A stretch of 61,967 bases of DNA, the filler included, from Diploschistes diacapsis (Eukaryota), in the NCBI GenBank assembly GCA_023645945.1. It is 16 parts of 16 records of this genome, joined end to end, with 100 filler letters (N's around TTAATTAATTAA, not from the genome) between each part and the next. Parts side by side here need not be neighbours in the genome. Positions count along the whole stretch, not along the records: positions 1 to 25,069 come from JALAIB010000223.1; 15 more parts are not named here. One strand, 5' to 3'. Shown here piece after piece: positions 1 through 11,293 of the stretch (position 1 is its first letter; each line of letters begins with the position of its first letter). The position numbers were made by a program, and so were the translations under genes. The notes below the pieces were generated by a model. That model was given only the letters and a program-made list of their open reading frames with translations. It was not told where the DNA came from and ran no database searches.

Positions 1-277
1 GACGTGATAATTCCAGAATTATTAAAATTAAAAAAATATTTTAAAGTGTTTCGATAAATGCACGGACACGGATACCGCAATAAAAATTTTCTCGACACGG
101 ATACTGACACGGATACTGTATTGTAGTAAAAGCACGGACACGGATATTATTAAAAATTTTAAAATATTAATATTAATACGGATACTGCATTTCCGTGAAT
201 CCACGGACACGGACACTGCAGCTAAAAAATCTAAAACACTGACACTGACAGTGTCAGTGTCAGTGACGGCCAGCCTA
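1..277. mobile_element. End of DNA-transposon-like element with subterminal ACACGGA(C/T) arrays and terminus ...ACGGCCAGCCTA
   Basis: Repeated acacggacac/acacggatac units ending in acggccagccta (266-277). The same terminus occurs at 46296 (reverse complement), 52550 and 52816. Confidence 0.7.
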
Positions 278-646
278 CTATAAAAGGCTTCTCACCTTCT
301 AACTTTCATAGATATCACCTTCAACCTCTTCAATATCTTTACTGTATAATAGTCAGCTACCAGGCTAGGCAGGCTAGGGATTATTTCCTAGTTAGGACTA
401 GCTGCAGAATACATTCTTAGTCATCAGTTACCTATTAGGAACTTCCACCACTTTCAATATAAAATAAATTAAATTTCGATAAGTTCAAATAACTAAATTT
501 CCCGGGTTCTTCCAGTAAACCTCTTAGAATCCAGACAAGCTCACAGCCATGCCTTCCGTCTGCCTGCTTAACAAAATACATTTTACGAAAATACAAGGAT
601 TGTGTTCCGCTTAATGGTATGTTCCGTTTCGTGGTGAAACACGTTA
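278..646 (-). mobile_element. Degenerate DNA transposon fragment ending in a Fot1/pogo-type TIR
   Basis: Ends gtggtgaaacacgt-TA, like the TIRs at 32651/32861, 48297 and 48758. 278-470 aligns by eye to 49945-50140. Confidence 0.5.
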
Positions 647-1267
647 AGCTGTAGATCAAGGCTTTATCACACCGCATCAAAGGAATTGCAGCATGCTTTA
701 GTTTATATATCTTCAGATTAGCGCGTTGCGGAGGCCTCGCACGGTTCTCATTAGTGACAATGGTGGTGTCCTTAGGCTTCCCATTCATGGCAACGGGGAC
801 ACCCTCCAGAGTTCCTACACACATGCTCCGAATAATCATGAGTTAGCTCCACAGCGTTCTCGCATGTCAGGGCACGGTATGTAGGTTGACAGACTGGCAG
901 GGGACAAGGCGGTGCGTGTGGTAGGATGCAAGTTGTCAGCATCGGAAAAACCCTAATTCCGAGCCAGCGCTCTTGCTTGGCACGCATACCTTCATCCCTG
1001 TCACGCTATGTTCAACATGATGCTCGATTCAGCACTGCCCAATACTGCTCTTTCCCTCGTTATGCCCATGATTATCACCTGCACCCATCCCAGCCGTGTG
1101 CCACTCGGTGTGAAATGTTTATGCAATCAAGAGAGAAGATGGCTTTGTTGATAATTCGGTGAGCAATGGAGGCGGATCCTTGTACAAGAAGCTACCTGGG
1201 ATGCGGGCATATAAATCTAGCCTAGAACCAGGCCAGAGACCCGGATCCTTCCCTTACTTACTGATAT

Positions 1268-1650
1268 GCAGCGCTGGGAGTACCTGTTATATTGATTCTT
1301 GAATGACGAGACTGTACTCAAATATCCTTTGAGCAATAAGTATAGTGACGTTGTTGCGGTCGAGGCGCAGATTTTTGGTGCATTGGGCTACCATCCCAAC
1401 ATATTGAAGTACTATGGCAAGAATGATCGCGGTTTTATGCTCGAGTATGCCGCGAACGGATCTGTCAAACAGTATCTCGCAAAGCATTTTTCTACGAAAA
1501 CGAAGCAAAGGGTCACGGGAACTGGTCGAAGCTGTCGTGTACATGCATTCCAAGTACGTATTGCATTGCAACATCTCCGCTAGCAATTTGTTACTGGACA
1601 AAAACCTCTTGTCCAGACTCGCGGATTTCCAAGGAATTCTGAGGGATCAT
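1268..1650 (+). pseudogene. Frameshifted, truncated Ser/Thr protein kinase fragment
   Basis: DETVLKYP...HPNILKYYG...FMLEYAANGSV in one frame, then LVEAVVYMHSKYVLHCNISASNLLLD...RLADFQG in another. The catalytic Asp is replaced by Asn, and there is no kinase sequence after DFQG. Confidence 0.8.
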
Positions 1651-4118
1651 GTCTTACTTGCTCCATTCATTTCTTGCGTGTGCCGTCTTCCTGCCGTTGC
1701 TACCCACCATTTTCATCGGCTGACCCCCTTCAGTCCGCCTGCGTCCACATTCCCTGCCCTTTTCTCCCCTTTGGCCTTTCTTCTTTGAACCTACCCCCTG
1801 AATCTGTGATGCTCAGCCGTTGTCTTACATCTCATTATCCTGTGCTACTTAGTCTTTATCCTTTGGCCCTTCTCTTTGGACTAGATCATCTCCTATCCAA
1901 GAGAGAATCGGTTGAGAGTGCATCGATATGGAAAGGAGCCCGAATGATCCAACTGGAGAGGGAAAGGAGATACTTCCTCCAGCAATCTGGCGAATTGTCT
2001 CACAAAGCCAACTTGCCCAGCGATCCGAATATAACTAATAATGGGGTGGCGCGTAAGGTGACGTATCCTAGCAGCCTGCACACGAATCCACTAAGTATGT
2101 AGCGGCGCTACTGTCTTCCCGTCTGGGGCTTGACCTTGTTTCAAAGATACCTTGGAGCCTTGAGATGTCAGCCGTCCAAGATTCATTGGACTAGCTCACT
2201 TGTAGCCTTGGAAGCAACGCGAAGGATGCGGCGGAGAGAAGGGGAGCAAGGGTCGATGCCAGACTTCGAGAGCTCTATGCGCGGTATAATCGGCTAATAG
2301 AGCACTTCAAAATGGCTTAGGTGGGCCTAGTCCCTGAATTAGGTAGCCCCCGTGTCTCAGAAGGTATCATCTGTGAAGGCTTGCCATCCTGTAGCTTCAG
2401 ATATTGCCGGTCTGGATGGGTACGGGTGTGAGAGGCCATCAAATAGGTTGAATCCCTACTGACGCCAATATCGCGATACCTATAAAGCTCCTTAGTAATA
2501 TACATAAACAGGTCTCAGCTTTAGAAAAATCACTCATAGTTCATAGAAAAGGGCAGCTAGTCTAGTCTTTTAAAGGATAAAATAAAAAGGGGCAAGGTCA
2601 TGAGCACCTTTGAGCGTGCGGTATTTTAGGATAGCGTAGGTTTTTATTATTTATTAAGAGACTTTGAAGCCGAGTAGCATAACGATTCGGTAGTAGAGCT
2701 TTGATCTCCTTAACCACGGGCCCGGATAAAACTTAGAACGAAAAGCCCCTAAAACATACAGAGGCTGCTAGTACAGGAAATCTCCCGAGAGTACTAGCAG
2801 CTTCATACTTAGGGAACGTGTTGTTCTCGTCTACTTTGTCTACGCGCTAGAACTGGGTCCAGCTTCAATCACTGCCGCCGGACACGTAGCGTGTGTTAGG
2901 TTAGACAGCGGAAGGCTACAGAGCTTGAATGGCTTGGGCAAGCCAGCCGGATATCTGCTTTCACGCTGGCTGCAGATTTCGGTAGGTTTCCACGATTTCA
3001 TTTCATTTCACGTGAGCCATCGCCCTTTTCTATATCCCCATGAATTTTGCCAAACAGGAAATATCTTTCTTCTTTATCCCGCCCAACATGTTGTCCTGGT
3101 CATCTTCCAAAGCGGGCTCCCGTGTCCAGTAACATTTGCTTCCCTAGGGACACTTGTGCAGCCTAGTGATCTCTTTTCAGCGTCCGTCCAACTCTTCCCG
3201 CTCGGATAGGAGCGTAGACCGTCGAACGTGGAACCCACGATGTTTGAAAAGATCGAAACGAATTCATCTATTACATAATCCAATTCACTCGTGTCTGATT
3301 TTGCGAGGTTTCCGCCACTTCCTCCTAGTGACCGCTCATGAACTGTCAAAAAGGATAGCTGCTTCCCTCTCTCTTTCCCGGCCATTCTCACCGTGCGTAG
3401 TTGCTGCGAAAGATCAGACTCCACAGGTCAACGGCTGTTCCCCACTTCGGGATAAGGAAAAGCGATGAAAAGCCGCCGATATACGATATACGAGAGAAAG
3501 CGTTGTTCCAGATTTGAGGCCACGCAGCGGTCAGATCGATCTACTTGCTTAATCATCGTTGCTCCTGTCTTCTTTTGACATCATTATGCTTTATGAAGCT
3601 ACACATTTCATGCCATTACCCGACCGTAGCGCTCCAGGCGGCATCTATGTTTGTCACTCAAAGCCGCATCTCTCATTCGTGGAGCAACAAACAAGATCGC
3701 CACCTGGCAGGCTTGTCTTGTTTAGGCAATTTATAACTTTAACTATTTCCTTGTGTGCAGGATGGGTAGCTTCTCCAAAGCTTGAATACGACTCCTGCCG
3801 AGATAGTTGTTTGCTTTGTCCTCGGGGATGGATTGTACATTCAATCTACTCGACGAAGCTCGATATGCCTCGATTGTCTTAGGAAGTTTCAAAACGTACT
3901 ACGCTGCTCCCTTCTTTCTCGAAAAACTGTAATATGCGCTGCAAACTGGGGTGCAGGCGATCTGCATACCGATTGCGATATTCTAGCTTCCAGCTTAAGC
4001 TCACAGTTGTGCTATGGGACGGCTATTGCCTATGCGCATCAACAGGGATGCTGCCGCTTCATGATAAACGCCCTCCTATCCGACCGGGTTCAAAGACATC
4101 ATACATAAATTATGCGAC

Positions 4119-5213
4119 ATGACTCAAATACTACCGGAAGGGATCTATTATGATACACTGAGGACCTTGCGTACACTTTGCGAAAATACAACAAACCGGA
4201 CGAGATGCTGTCCCCATCAGCGCTTGATGCAAGTAGCTACGACGAACTTGTGTGTTAAATATCAAAGTGCTGACTGCAAAAAGGCTCTGGCATGGTCTCT
4301 TACATCGGTTGCTGCTGTGCTCACGAGTGGCCGACTCTGGCTTCGATGGAGGAAATCCAAAACACTACGGCTGGACGATAATCTGAATGGCCTTGCGCTC
4401 CTGGCCCTACTAGGCAGCATGGCGACTCTCAGTGCCTATATGCCCATTTTCTACTCAGCTGTGTACTATGACATGGGCCTCAATAACTCGCCGCCGTCGG
4501 ATAATCAGCAGATCGTCGAGGGGCAACTGTCGCTGGCTTCTAAAATGCAGTTCTGGGTGACCATTTACGCAGTGAAAGGTTCTTTCCTTGGAACGTATTA
4601 TCATGTCTTCAAGATCTCGGGCAACTTTCGCAAAGCATGGTGGTTCGCAGCAGCGTGCACAGGCTGTTCATTCCTAGCCACTTTTCTTTCGCCACTGTGG
4701 TACTGTGGCAGTCCATCCCAACTCCTGAATCTCGAAGCCTGCGCTGAAACGCCAGTGCAGTTCTTCATCACTCTGGAGATATTTTGGTTCATCTTAAACG
4801 TATCCAGTGACATTCTGTTGATTTCTCTACCCATGGCAATGGTACGCGGCCTCAAGCTACCCAAATCCCAAAAAATCGGACTGGGCGCAATCTTCGCCAT
4901 TGTCGCCCTTGACGTACTGTTCGACTGTCTCCGCACCGTCTATGCGCTCACCGACTACCTGGGCACCTACTATGATGCTGGCTTTGCGTGGGATATCTGC
5001 GAGGCTACATTCGCCGTCATCATATGCGCACTACCTCCCTACCGCTCGGTACTCTTCCCTTCGCAGTCAAAGAGACCAGCAGTGTCTTACAGCTCTCCAC
5101 AAAGGGGCCCCGTACAGACCTACACGCCACCGTCGCCGAAGCGCCAACAGCACAACCAGGACATAGAGCTGGATTCAATCCACGTCGAACATGCCACGCA
5201 TAGCTACGTTTGA
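4119..5213 (+). CDS. PTH11-like (fungal rhodopsin-domain) integral membrane protein without CFEM domain
   Basis: About 7 hydrophobic segments with family motifs LRLDD, IYAVKGSFL.Y..F, NVSSDILLISLP...L.LP..QKIGL..IF and W..CE...AVII..LP. A probable in-frame intron ends near 4283 (gctgac...aag); its donor is unclear. Confidence 0.85.
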   Translation: MTQILPEGIYYDTLRTLRTLCENTTNRTRCCPHQRLMQVATTNLCVKYQSADCKKALAWSLTSVAAVLTSGRLWLRWRKSKTLRLDDNLNGLALLALLGSMATLSAYMPIFYSAVYYDMGLNNSPPSDNQQIVEGQLSLASKMQFWVTIYAVKGSFLGTYYHVFKISGNFRKAWWFAAACTGCSFLATFLSPLWYCGSPSQLLNLEACAETPVQFFITLEIFWFILNVSSDILLISLPMAMVRGLKLPKSQKIGLGAIFAIVALDVLFDCLRTVYALTDYLGTYYDAGFAWDICEATFAVIICALPPYRSVLFPSQSKRPAVSYSSPQRGPVQTYTPPSPKRQQHNQDIELDSIHVEHATHSYV

Positions 5214-6616
5214 CTGGGGCGCGAATGCATCATTGCATGAACTCAGAGCTCACAGAGTGAGAGCTACTACAAGTAGTTATTGGTAAGATTTGATAGCTTC
5301 CACCATGAGAATGCCAGACTGCTGTCCCTATCATATCATCAACGGACTCGAAGTGTTGCGTGCTTGTCCTATTGTCTCTTGTTTACACACCCATTCCCTA
5401 ATTTTTTCTGGATCTGTTCGCTGAAAGTCCTACCACCGTACCTCTTGGCAAAGCTTGCTGATAAGATTGAAACGATGACAAACAACGAAGGCAAGCCCGA
5501 TGCTTCCCCACAAATTGCGATGCTGCATATAACCCACGTTTAGTATTAGCATCAGTCCCCGTCGTTGTTGTTCGTGGTGCTAGTTACACCCGCCTGAATT
5601 TCGGTCGTACACACGTCCAGCAATCGGCACATGGGTACAGACGTGTGCTACCACACGAGACTCTAAACACGAGCCGCAGCGAGACGGCCCGCCCGCCAAC
5701 GTGGCAGCCGTCGCAAATGGGCCTACCACAAAAGGGGTTCGAAAATAAACCCCCTTTTTTTTGTACGCCAAGCATGCAATGTCGATTCGCGCATTTGCCC
5801 GCGGCGATCTTTCCCCATGCCACCCTGTTTTTTACATACTAATGTAGCCCCATGTCCCACCATCATCGTCTAAGCGGGTGAAGCTTGGGATAGGGGTTGC
5901 GAACAGGATAGGATGTTGAGAGGGAGTAACGGGATTGGGGAGGTTACTGGTGCTGATTCACTGTAGACTACTACCGTTCGAAGGCACAGCTGTTTTGTTT
6001 GTGCAGCTTTTCCGCATCGTTGCCTGCATGTATGCTTTGCCCTTCCCACCGTTGACCCTCCCCTCGCGGTGGCCCCGTCCGTCTTCGCGGGCGTGTTTGA
6101 GGGTCTTGACGGTCTGGGGTTGGAGCTGCGTGGGCAGACCTTGGATCTGTCATGGATAGGCTGATTTTTGGGGAGCATTTTGGTACAAATAGGCAGTAGG
6201 GTGTGAAGTGTCTCGATTATTGGATCATGGTTCGGGGAGACCTTCATCACTAGTTATAGGTGGCTGGGGTGTTCCGGAGCACCGCATGCATCACATGATG
6301 TGTCACATGACACGTCACATGGTCGGATTTTCCTGCTTCAACAGGAGTAGAAGTATGGACGGGATTTGCCGCTGGATTGTGTAGCTATGCGGCGTCAAGG
6401 GTTGTAGCAACAAGTCCGTGTTTCGCACTGGGGGTAATACCCTTTTGGCAGCGAGTGTTTACATGGTGAAGAACTTTTTGAAATGGCCAGAATATTGTTC
6501 TTATGATGTCTTGAAAGGAATGCAGCCATTCATCTCGCACGCTCGATCCAGCTTTCTTTTTGATATTCTCACCATATTCTGACCCCACAGCAGCTGGTTC
6601 CTGATCGAGTCAGGAC

Positions 6617-7528
6617 CTAAAGTGCGAAATAAACCTCTATGCTCGCACTCTCAATATTATTCACCCACTCAGGGAAGAAGGCGTGCGCCCAAAGTGTCAC
6701 GCAATCACCACGCTGCAGCTTCCGCACCAGCCTGCCATCTCCAGTGAATGCCCCTCTCCCCTTCGGTTCCAGCTCGTCCCTGGCCCGGTCCGACTCGGGA
6801 TCGATGTCGTCCATCCAGTCCCACACAATGGTATGTTCGGTCGTCGCACGCTTTGCCTGCACGTTGACTTGCACCTGCATATCACCGTTTGCCCAACCTT
6901 TCCGTGGCCAGATTGGCGGATTGGGCACAGCATAGTGTGCCTTGTCCGGATGTTCCAATGGCGGGCCCCATGCGTCTGGTTTAGTTGCGCCCGGCCATTC
7001 TTGTGCGAGCGGCTCTCCGTAGGCATTATACGTCGTCGGTCCCAGCCAAGCGGCAAGGTATTCGGACGATGTCCAGTGATTGTGCGGGGTGGACTCTGCT
7101 CCCTGCGCAGGATGGAAGCGTTCGACGCCGGGGTCGAAGCCGGTATAAGAGTAAGTGTATGTGCCCTTGGTGTGCGCTGCTTCACCCGAGAAGCCTTGAT
7201 CGTGGCTTCGAATCGTCCAGATCACGCGCCGGGTTGGGTACTCAAGGGCTGGCTCGGAAGCGTCGCCTTGCTCAACTTCGGCGTGGAAAGTTTCGCAAGC
7301 GCCAATGCAAAGTGGTTTGGAGCGCATGACAAACACGTGTTCCTTCGTTCGTCCTCTAGCTTGTGTGCCGGTCGACATGGTAGTCCGAGTATGAGGCCAA
7401 TAGAAAGCATCATCGATGATTTGATCGATGATGTCTATCGGTAAACCAGATCGTAAACTGTCCAAGTACCTCTTGACCAATCGTACATCATTGACGCTTG
7501 GCTTGTATTCCAGCTTTGTCGAGGTCAT
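6617..7528 (-). CDS. Conserved fungal hypothetical protein with F-box-like N-terminus
   Basis: 303-aa ORF with LP.DIID.I.D.A.YWP, WTIRSHDQG, WDW.DD and GDG..V..L..GD.V.LWA.A.FP.WVN motifs. Confidence 0.75.
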   Translation of the reverse strand: MTSTKLEYKPSVNDVRLVKRYLDSLRSGLPIDIIDQIIDDAFYWPHTRTTMSTGTQARGRTKEHVFVMRSKPLCIGACETFHAEVEQGDASEPALEYPTRRVIWTIRSHDQGFSGEAAHTKGTYTYSYTGFDPGVERFHPAQGAESTPHNHWTSSEYLAAWLGPTTYNAYGEPLAQEWPGATKPDAWGPPLEHPDKAHYAVPNPPIWPRKGWANGDMQVQVNVQAKRATTEHTIVWDWMDDIDPESDRARDELEPKGRGAFTGDGRLVRKLQRGDCVTLWAHAFFPEWVNNIESASIEVYFAL

Positions 7529-8233
7529 TTTTTGAGGAGCTACTCAGGTTTCGTGTAGTGGCTCCAATGCAACCTGCTATCAAGGCTGTAGGTTGATTAA
7601 AGTGCCTGCAGTAAGACTGAGGAGGTCAATATATCTTCGCCAAGGCTGTGGCCTTAAGGTAGTCCTATAAGAACAACTTGGTGTTCGAAAGGTCTTATTG
7701 GACAACCACTAAACCGAGAGCATTCCTCAATACCACATTTATAACAGTGAAGACATGGACCAACATATAGAGCTATCAAGAAACAGAATTAATGAACACT
7801 TAGGTACGAGGCGGAGGAAAAGACTCTACCTTTGCAGCTGCTTCTGGCTAAGGAAGGTTGTGGATGCCCGTCTAGATGGGTGGGGAAGGACGCTGATTGG
7901 AAAGCGCCTTCTGATGAATGTCTTCCTATTGACACATGAGGTTCTTTATGGGAGTCGAGGTTCCTCTTCAGCGACGGGGTTTAATTCGATTGTGTGGCTC
8001 TAAGTAAAAGAGAGTTGCAAAGTATAGACTGGGGACATATGGGGCGATTAGCAAGGTATATTCTGCTGGAACATATTTAGACGCTAGTAGACGCTAAAGA
8101 GAAGCGGACAGCAAGCTTAACTAACCTTCCATTCGCTATCTTCCCCAATGTACAAGGCTGGCCTTTGGCTTTGTGATTATGCTTCACGAACTATTTCCAG
8201 TGTGCCTTTCAGCTCCTCCTGCCTTGCTACGGA

Positions 8234-11200
8234 ATGTCGCTTGATACCGCGGGAAGTTTGATCGCTTTGCTGCAAGCTACCAAGGCTTGCATCGATTATA
8301 TCAAGGATGTCAGGGACGCGAAAGAAGAGAAGCGCGCTCTTCTGGACGAGCTGCTCTCGGCACATACTCTGCTCAATACCATCCAGCTGTTCGCGAATCC
8401 TGATACAGGACAAACTTATCTTGCCGCCACCAGGGATTTGATTTCTAAAGGCGGTCTGGATCTATACAAAGATAGTCTGGAGGAGCTGCAACGGCTCGCG
8501 GGGAAGAATAGGTTCAAGTGGCCTTTTCAAAAGAAGGACGTTGAAAAGCATCTTGCCACAGTTGAGAGGGCAAAGTCGCTGTTGACTTTGGTCATACAGG
8601 GCGATCATGTGAAGCTTTCTAGTGCTATCTACGAAGAAGTGCAACGCATGACAGAGTCGTTAAAGAATGCCGAGCATATCTCTCGCACAGATGCCGAGAG
8701 AGGAGTACTCGATTGGATCAGCCGTTCAACGCCAGAACTGGACCACCAGCGAATCGCCAAAGCTAGACTCCCGGGAACGGGAGAATGGTTTCTTCAAAGG
8801 AAAGAATTTGCGGAATGGCACAGGAACTCCGAGCCTTCCGGCCTTTGGACCGTGGGACATCCAGGAGTGGGAAAGACCATCCTCTCATCTTTGGTGATAG
8901 ATGAATTACTGGAAATCGAGCTCGAAAATGGCGCCGGCGTAGCATACTTTTACTTTGACTATACAAAGAGGGGCGCTCATACTGCAGACTATCTTCTTCG
9001 AAGCATTATCAGACAGTTGTCTGCTCTTAAGACGCCTTTGCCGAGAGCTCTTCTTGATTTTTACAAGGCTTACTCTTCCAGGCCTATCTTTGCTAGCGTT
9101 CTGGCCTCCGTTCTTAGTTTGGTTGTGCAAGAGTTCACAGACGTCTTCGTAGTCGTAGATGCACTTGATGAATTCGAGGAAGGAGCGGAACGTGTTGAGC
9201 TCTTGGAATATCTAACGACCTTGTCACAGAACTCGTTCAAGCTATTGGTGACCAGCCGTCCTCATCCTAACGATATCAAGCGGAAGCTGAGTGCTTTTCG
9301 CTCTCTCGAAGTAGAGGCAAGCGCCGACGACATCAGAGCGTTTCTCAGCCAGACCATTGAGAAAGATTCCGAAGCGGTTGAGGTGATGGAGGAAGACGAG
9401 GACTTGAGGGAGGATATTGTTAATACATTAATGGAGAGGGCAAAGGGAATGTAAGCTACTGAAACACACTTGCGATCCTTGACCAACCATACCTCTAGGT
9501 TTCTTCTCCCAAAGCTACAAATCCGAGGCATACTCCAACAGCAGTCTTCGCGTGATATGAGAGAGGCGCTAGAAGAGCTTCCGGATCAACTTGACCTCGA
9601 ATTCGACAAAACTTGGGAACGGATTCAGAGTCAGCACAAGTCACGGATTGCTTTGGCCGAGAAGACCTTGACGTGGCTTTGCTTTGCTAGGACGGCGCTT
9701 AGGATTGATGACATCCGAGATGCTCTCAGCATCAGACCCAATGATGTCTGTCCAGACATCAAAGGCCGCCCAAATCCAAAGGGCATTGCAAACTGTTGCT
9801 TCGGATTGGTAACCCTAGACACTACCCACGACGTGATTCGTTTCGTCCATTACAGTGTTCAGGAATACTTCAGGGGTTCCAGAGCGCAAAAGAACTTCCC
9901 TGAAGGACAGGCGCTTATTGCTCAGACGTGCATCACATACCTCACGTTTAAAAATTTTTCGCAGCCATGCAAGAATCGGCAGGTGCTCGACCAACGACTG
10001 CAGGAGTACCCATTCTTGCAGTATGTCGCTTGCCACTGGGGCTATCATTGCAGCCAGAGCGAAGATGAAGATACGAACGATCAGGCATACGAGAAGATCA
10101 TTGAGAGTCCAGCCGTGTATCAATCAATGCTGCAAGCCCTATGCAGCTTCGAAGGAAACTGGGGGTTAGATCGCGATGACGTTGTGCAGGGTTATATCAC
10201 TTTAATTAGTAGGTATCATTTTGCCGCAGCTTTCGGGCTTGTGTCTGTACTTTTAAAGTTATTCGAGTCCCAGAATGCCGAAGTAACCATGCTGTGTGAT
10301 GCGAGGGGGCGATTCCCTATTCACTATGCGGCAGCTAATGGCCACGAAGGCATGGTCACTCTACTTTCCAGCATGGGTATGGCAGATTTGACAGCCATGG
10401 ACGACGATGGGAGAACTCCCGTTGCCCTTGCTGCAGAGGCAGGACATAAAGCTGTTACAAAATTACTTTTGGAGGAAGAGGGTGTTAAAATCGATAGTAA
10501 AGATAAGAATGGCGAAACGCCGCTGTTCTTAGCCGCTCGAGGAGGACACGTTGCAATTATCGAGATGCTACTCCAGAAAGGCTCGATAGATTTGAACCCT
10601 AGGCAGATGTTCAATGGAACCACGCCTATAATGGAGGCGGCTGTGCATGGCCACGACAAGGCCGTCAGAGTCATGGCAGAACACGATGGGATCGCAGTGG
10701 ATGCAATGGATAGCGTGCGGCGAACACCGCTCTCTTTGGCCGCGGAGAGAAATTACGTTGAAACTGCTCAAGTCTTGCTCGAATGTCCCCAAGTCAACAT
10801 CAACTCGGAAGATGTCCGCGGCCATACGCCATTATTTCATGCTGCCTGGGCTGGCGCATTTGAGATGCTCCGGTATCTCATCTCACGTAGGAAGATAGAC
10901 ATCAACCACAGAAGCCATTTCGGAGAAACCCCCTTGTCTATAGCTGCACGCTCTGGATACGACTCTTGCGTACGTCTTCTGCTTTCAGATACACGAACCG
11001 AAGTCAATACTCAAGATTTCGAACTACGGTCTCCCTTGGAACATGCGGTCCGTAACGGTTACGGAAATGTGGTCCGGCTGTTTCTGCAAGATCCTCGGGT
11101 CAAGCTATCGACGAAGAATGGATGGAGTCGTACACCACTGCACTATGCCATTAGGAGTAAATACGTCGACATTAGTGAAATGCTAGAACAGGAGATGGAG

Positions 11201-11293
11201 CGGCGGCAAAACCGGCTTCCCTATCGATTTTCCAATCCTGTTCAACCGTTTGCCTCAGGGGGACCAGCTGCTCTGCACCGCCTCGAAATATAG
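8234..11293 (+). CDS. NLR-like STAND protein: SesA/HeLo-like N-terminal helical domain + NACHT + winged helix + ankyrin repeats; intron 9451-9498
   Basis: GTGEWF, Walker A GHPGVGKT, YFYFDY, Walker B VVVDALDE and LLVTSRP. A GT..AG intron restores GMFLL. About 9-10 TPLxxAAxxG ankyrin repeats follow. Confidence 0.92.
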
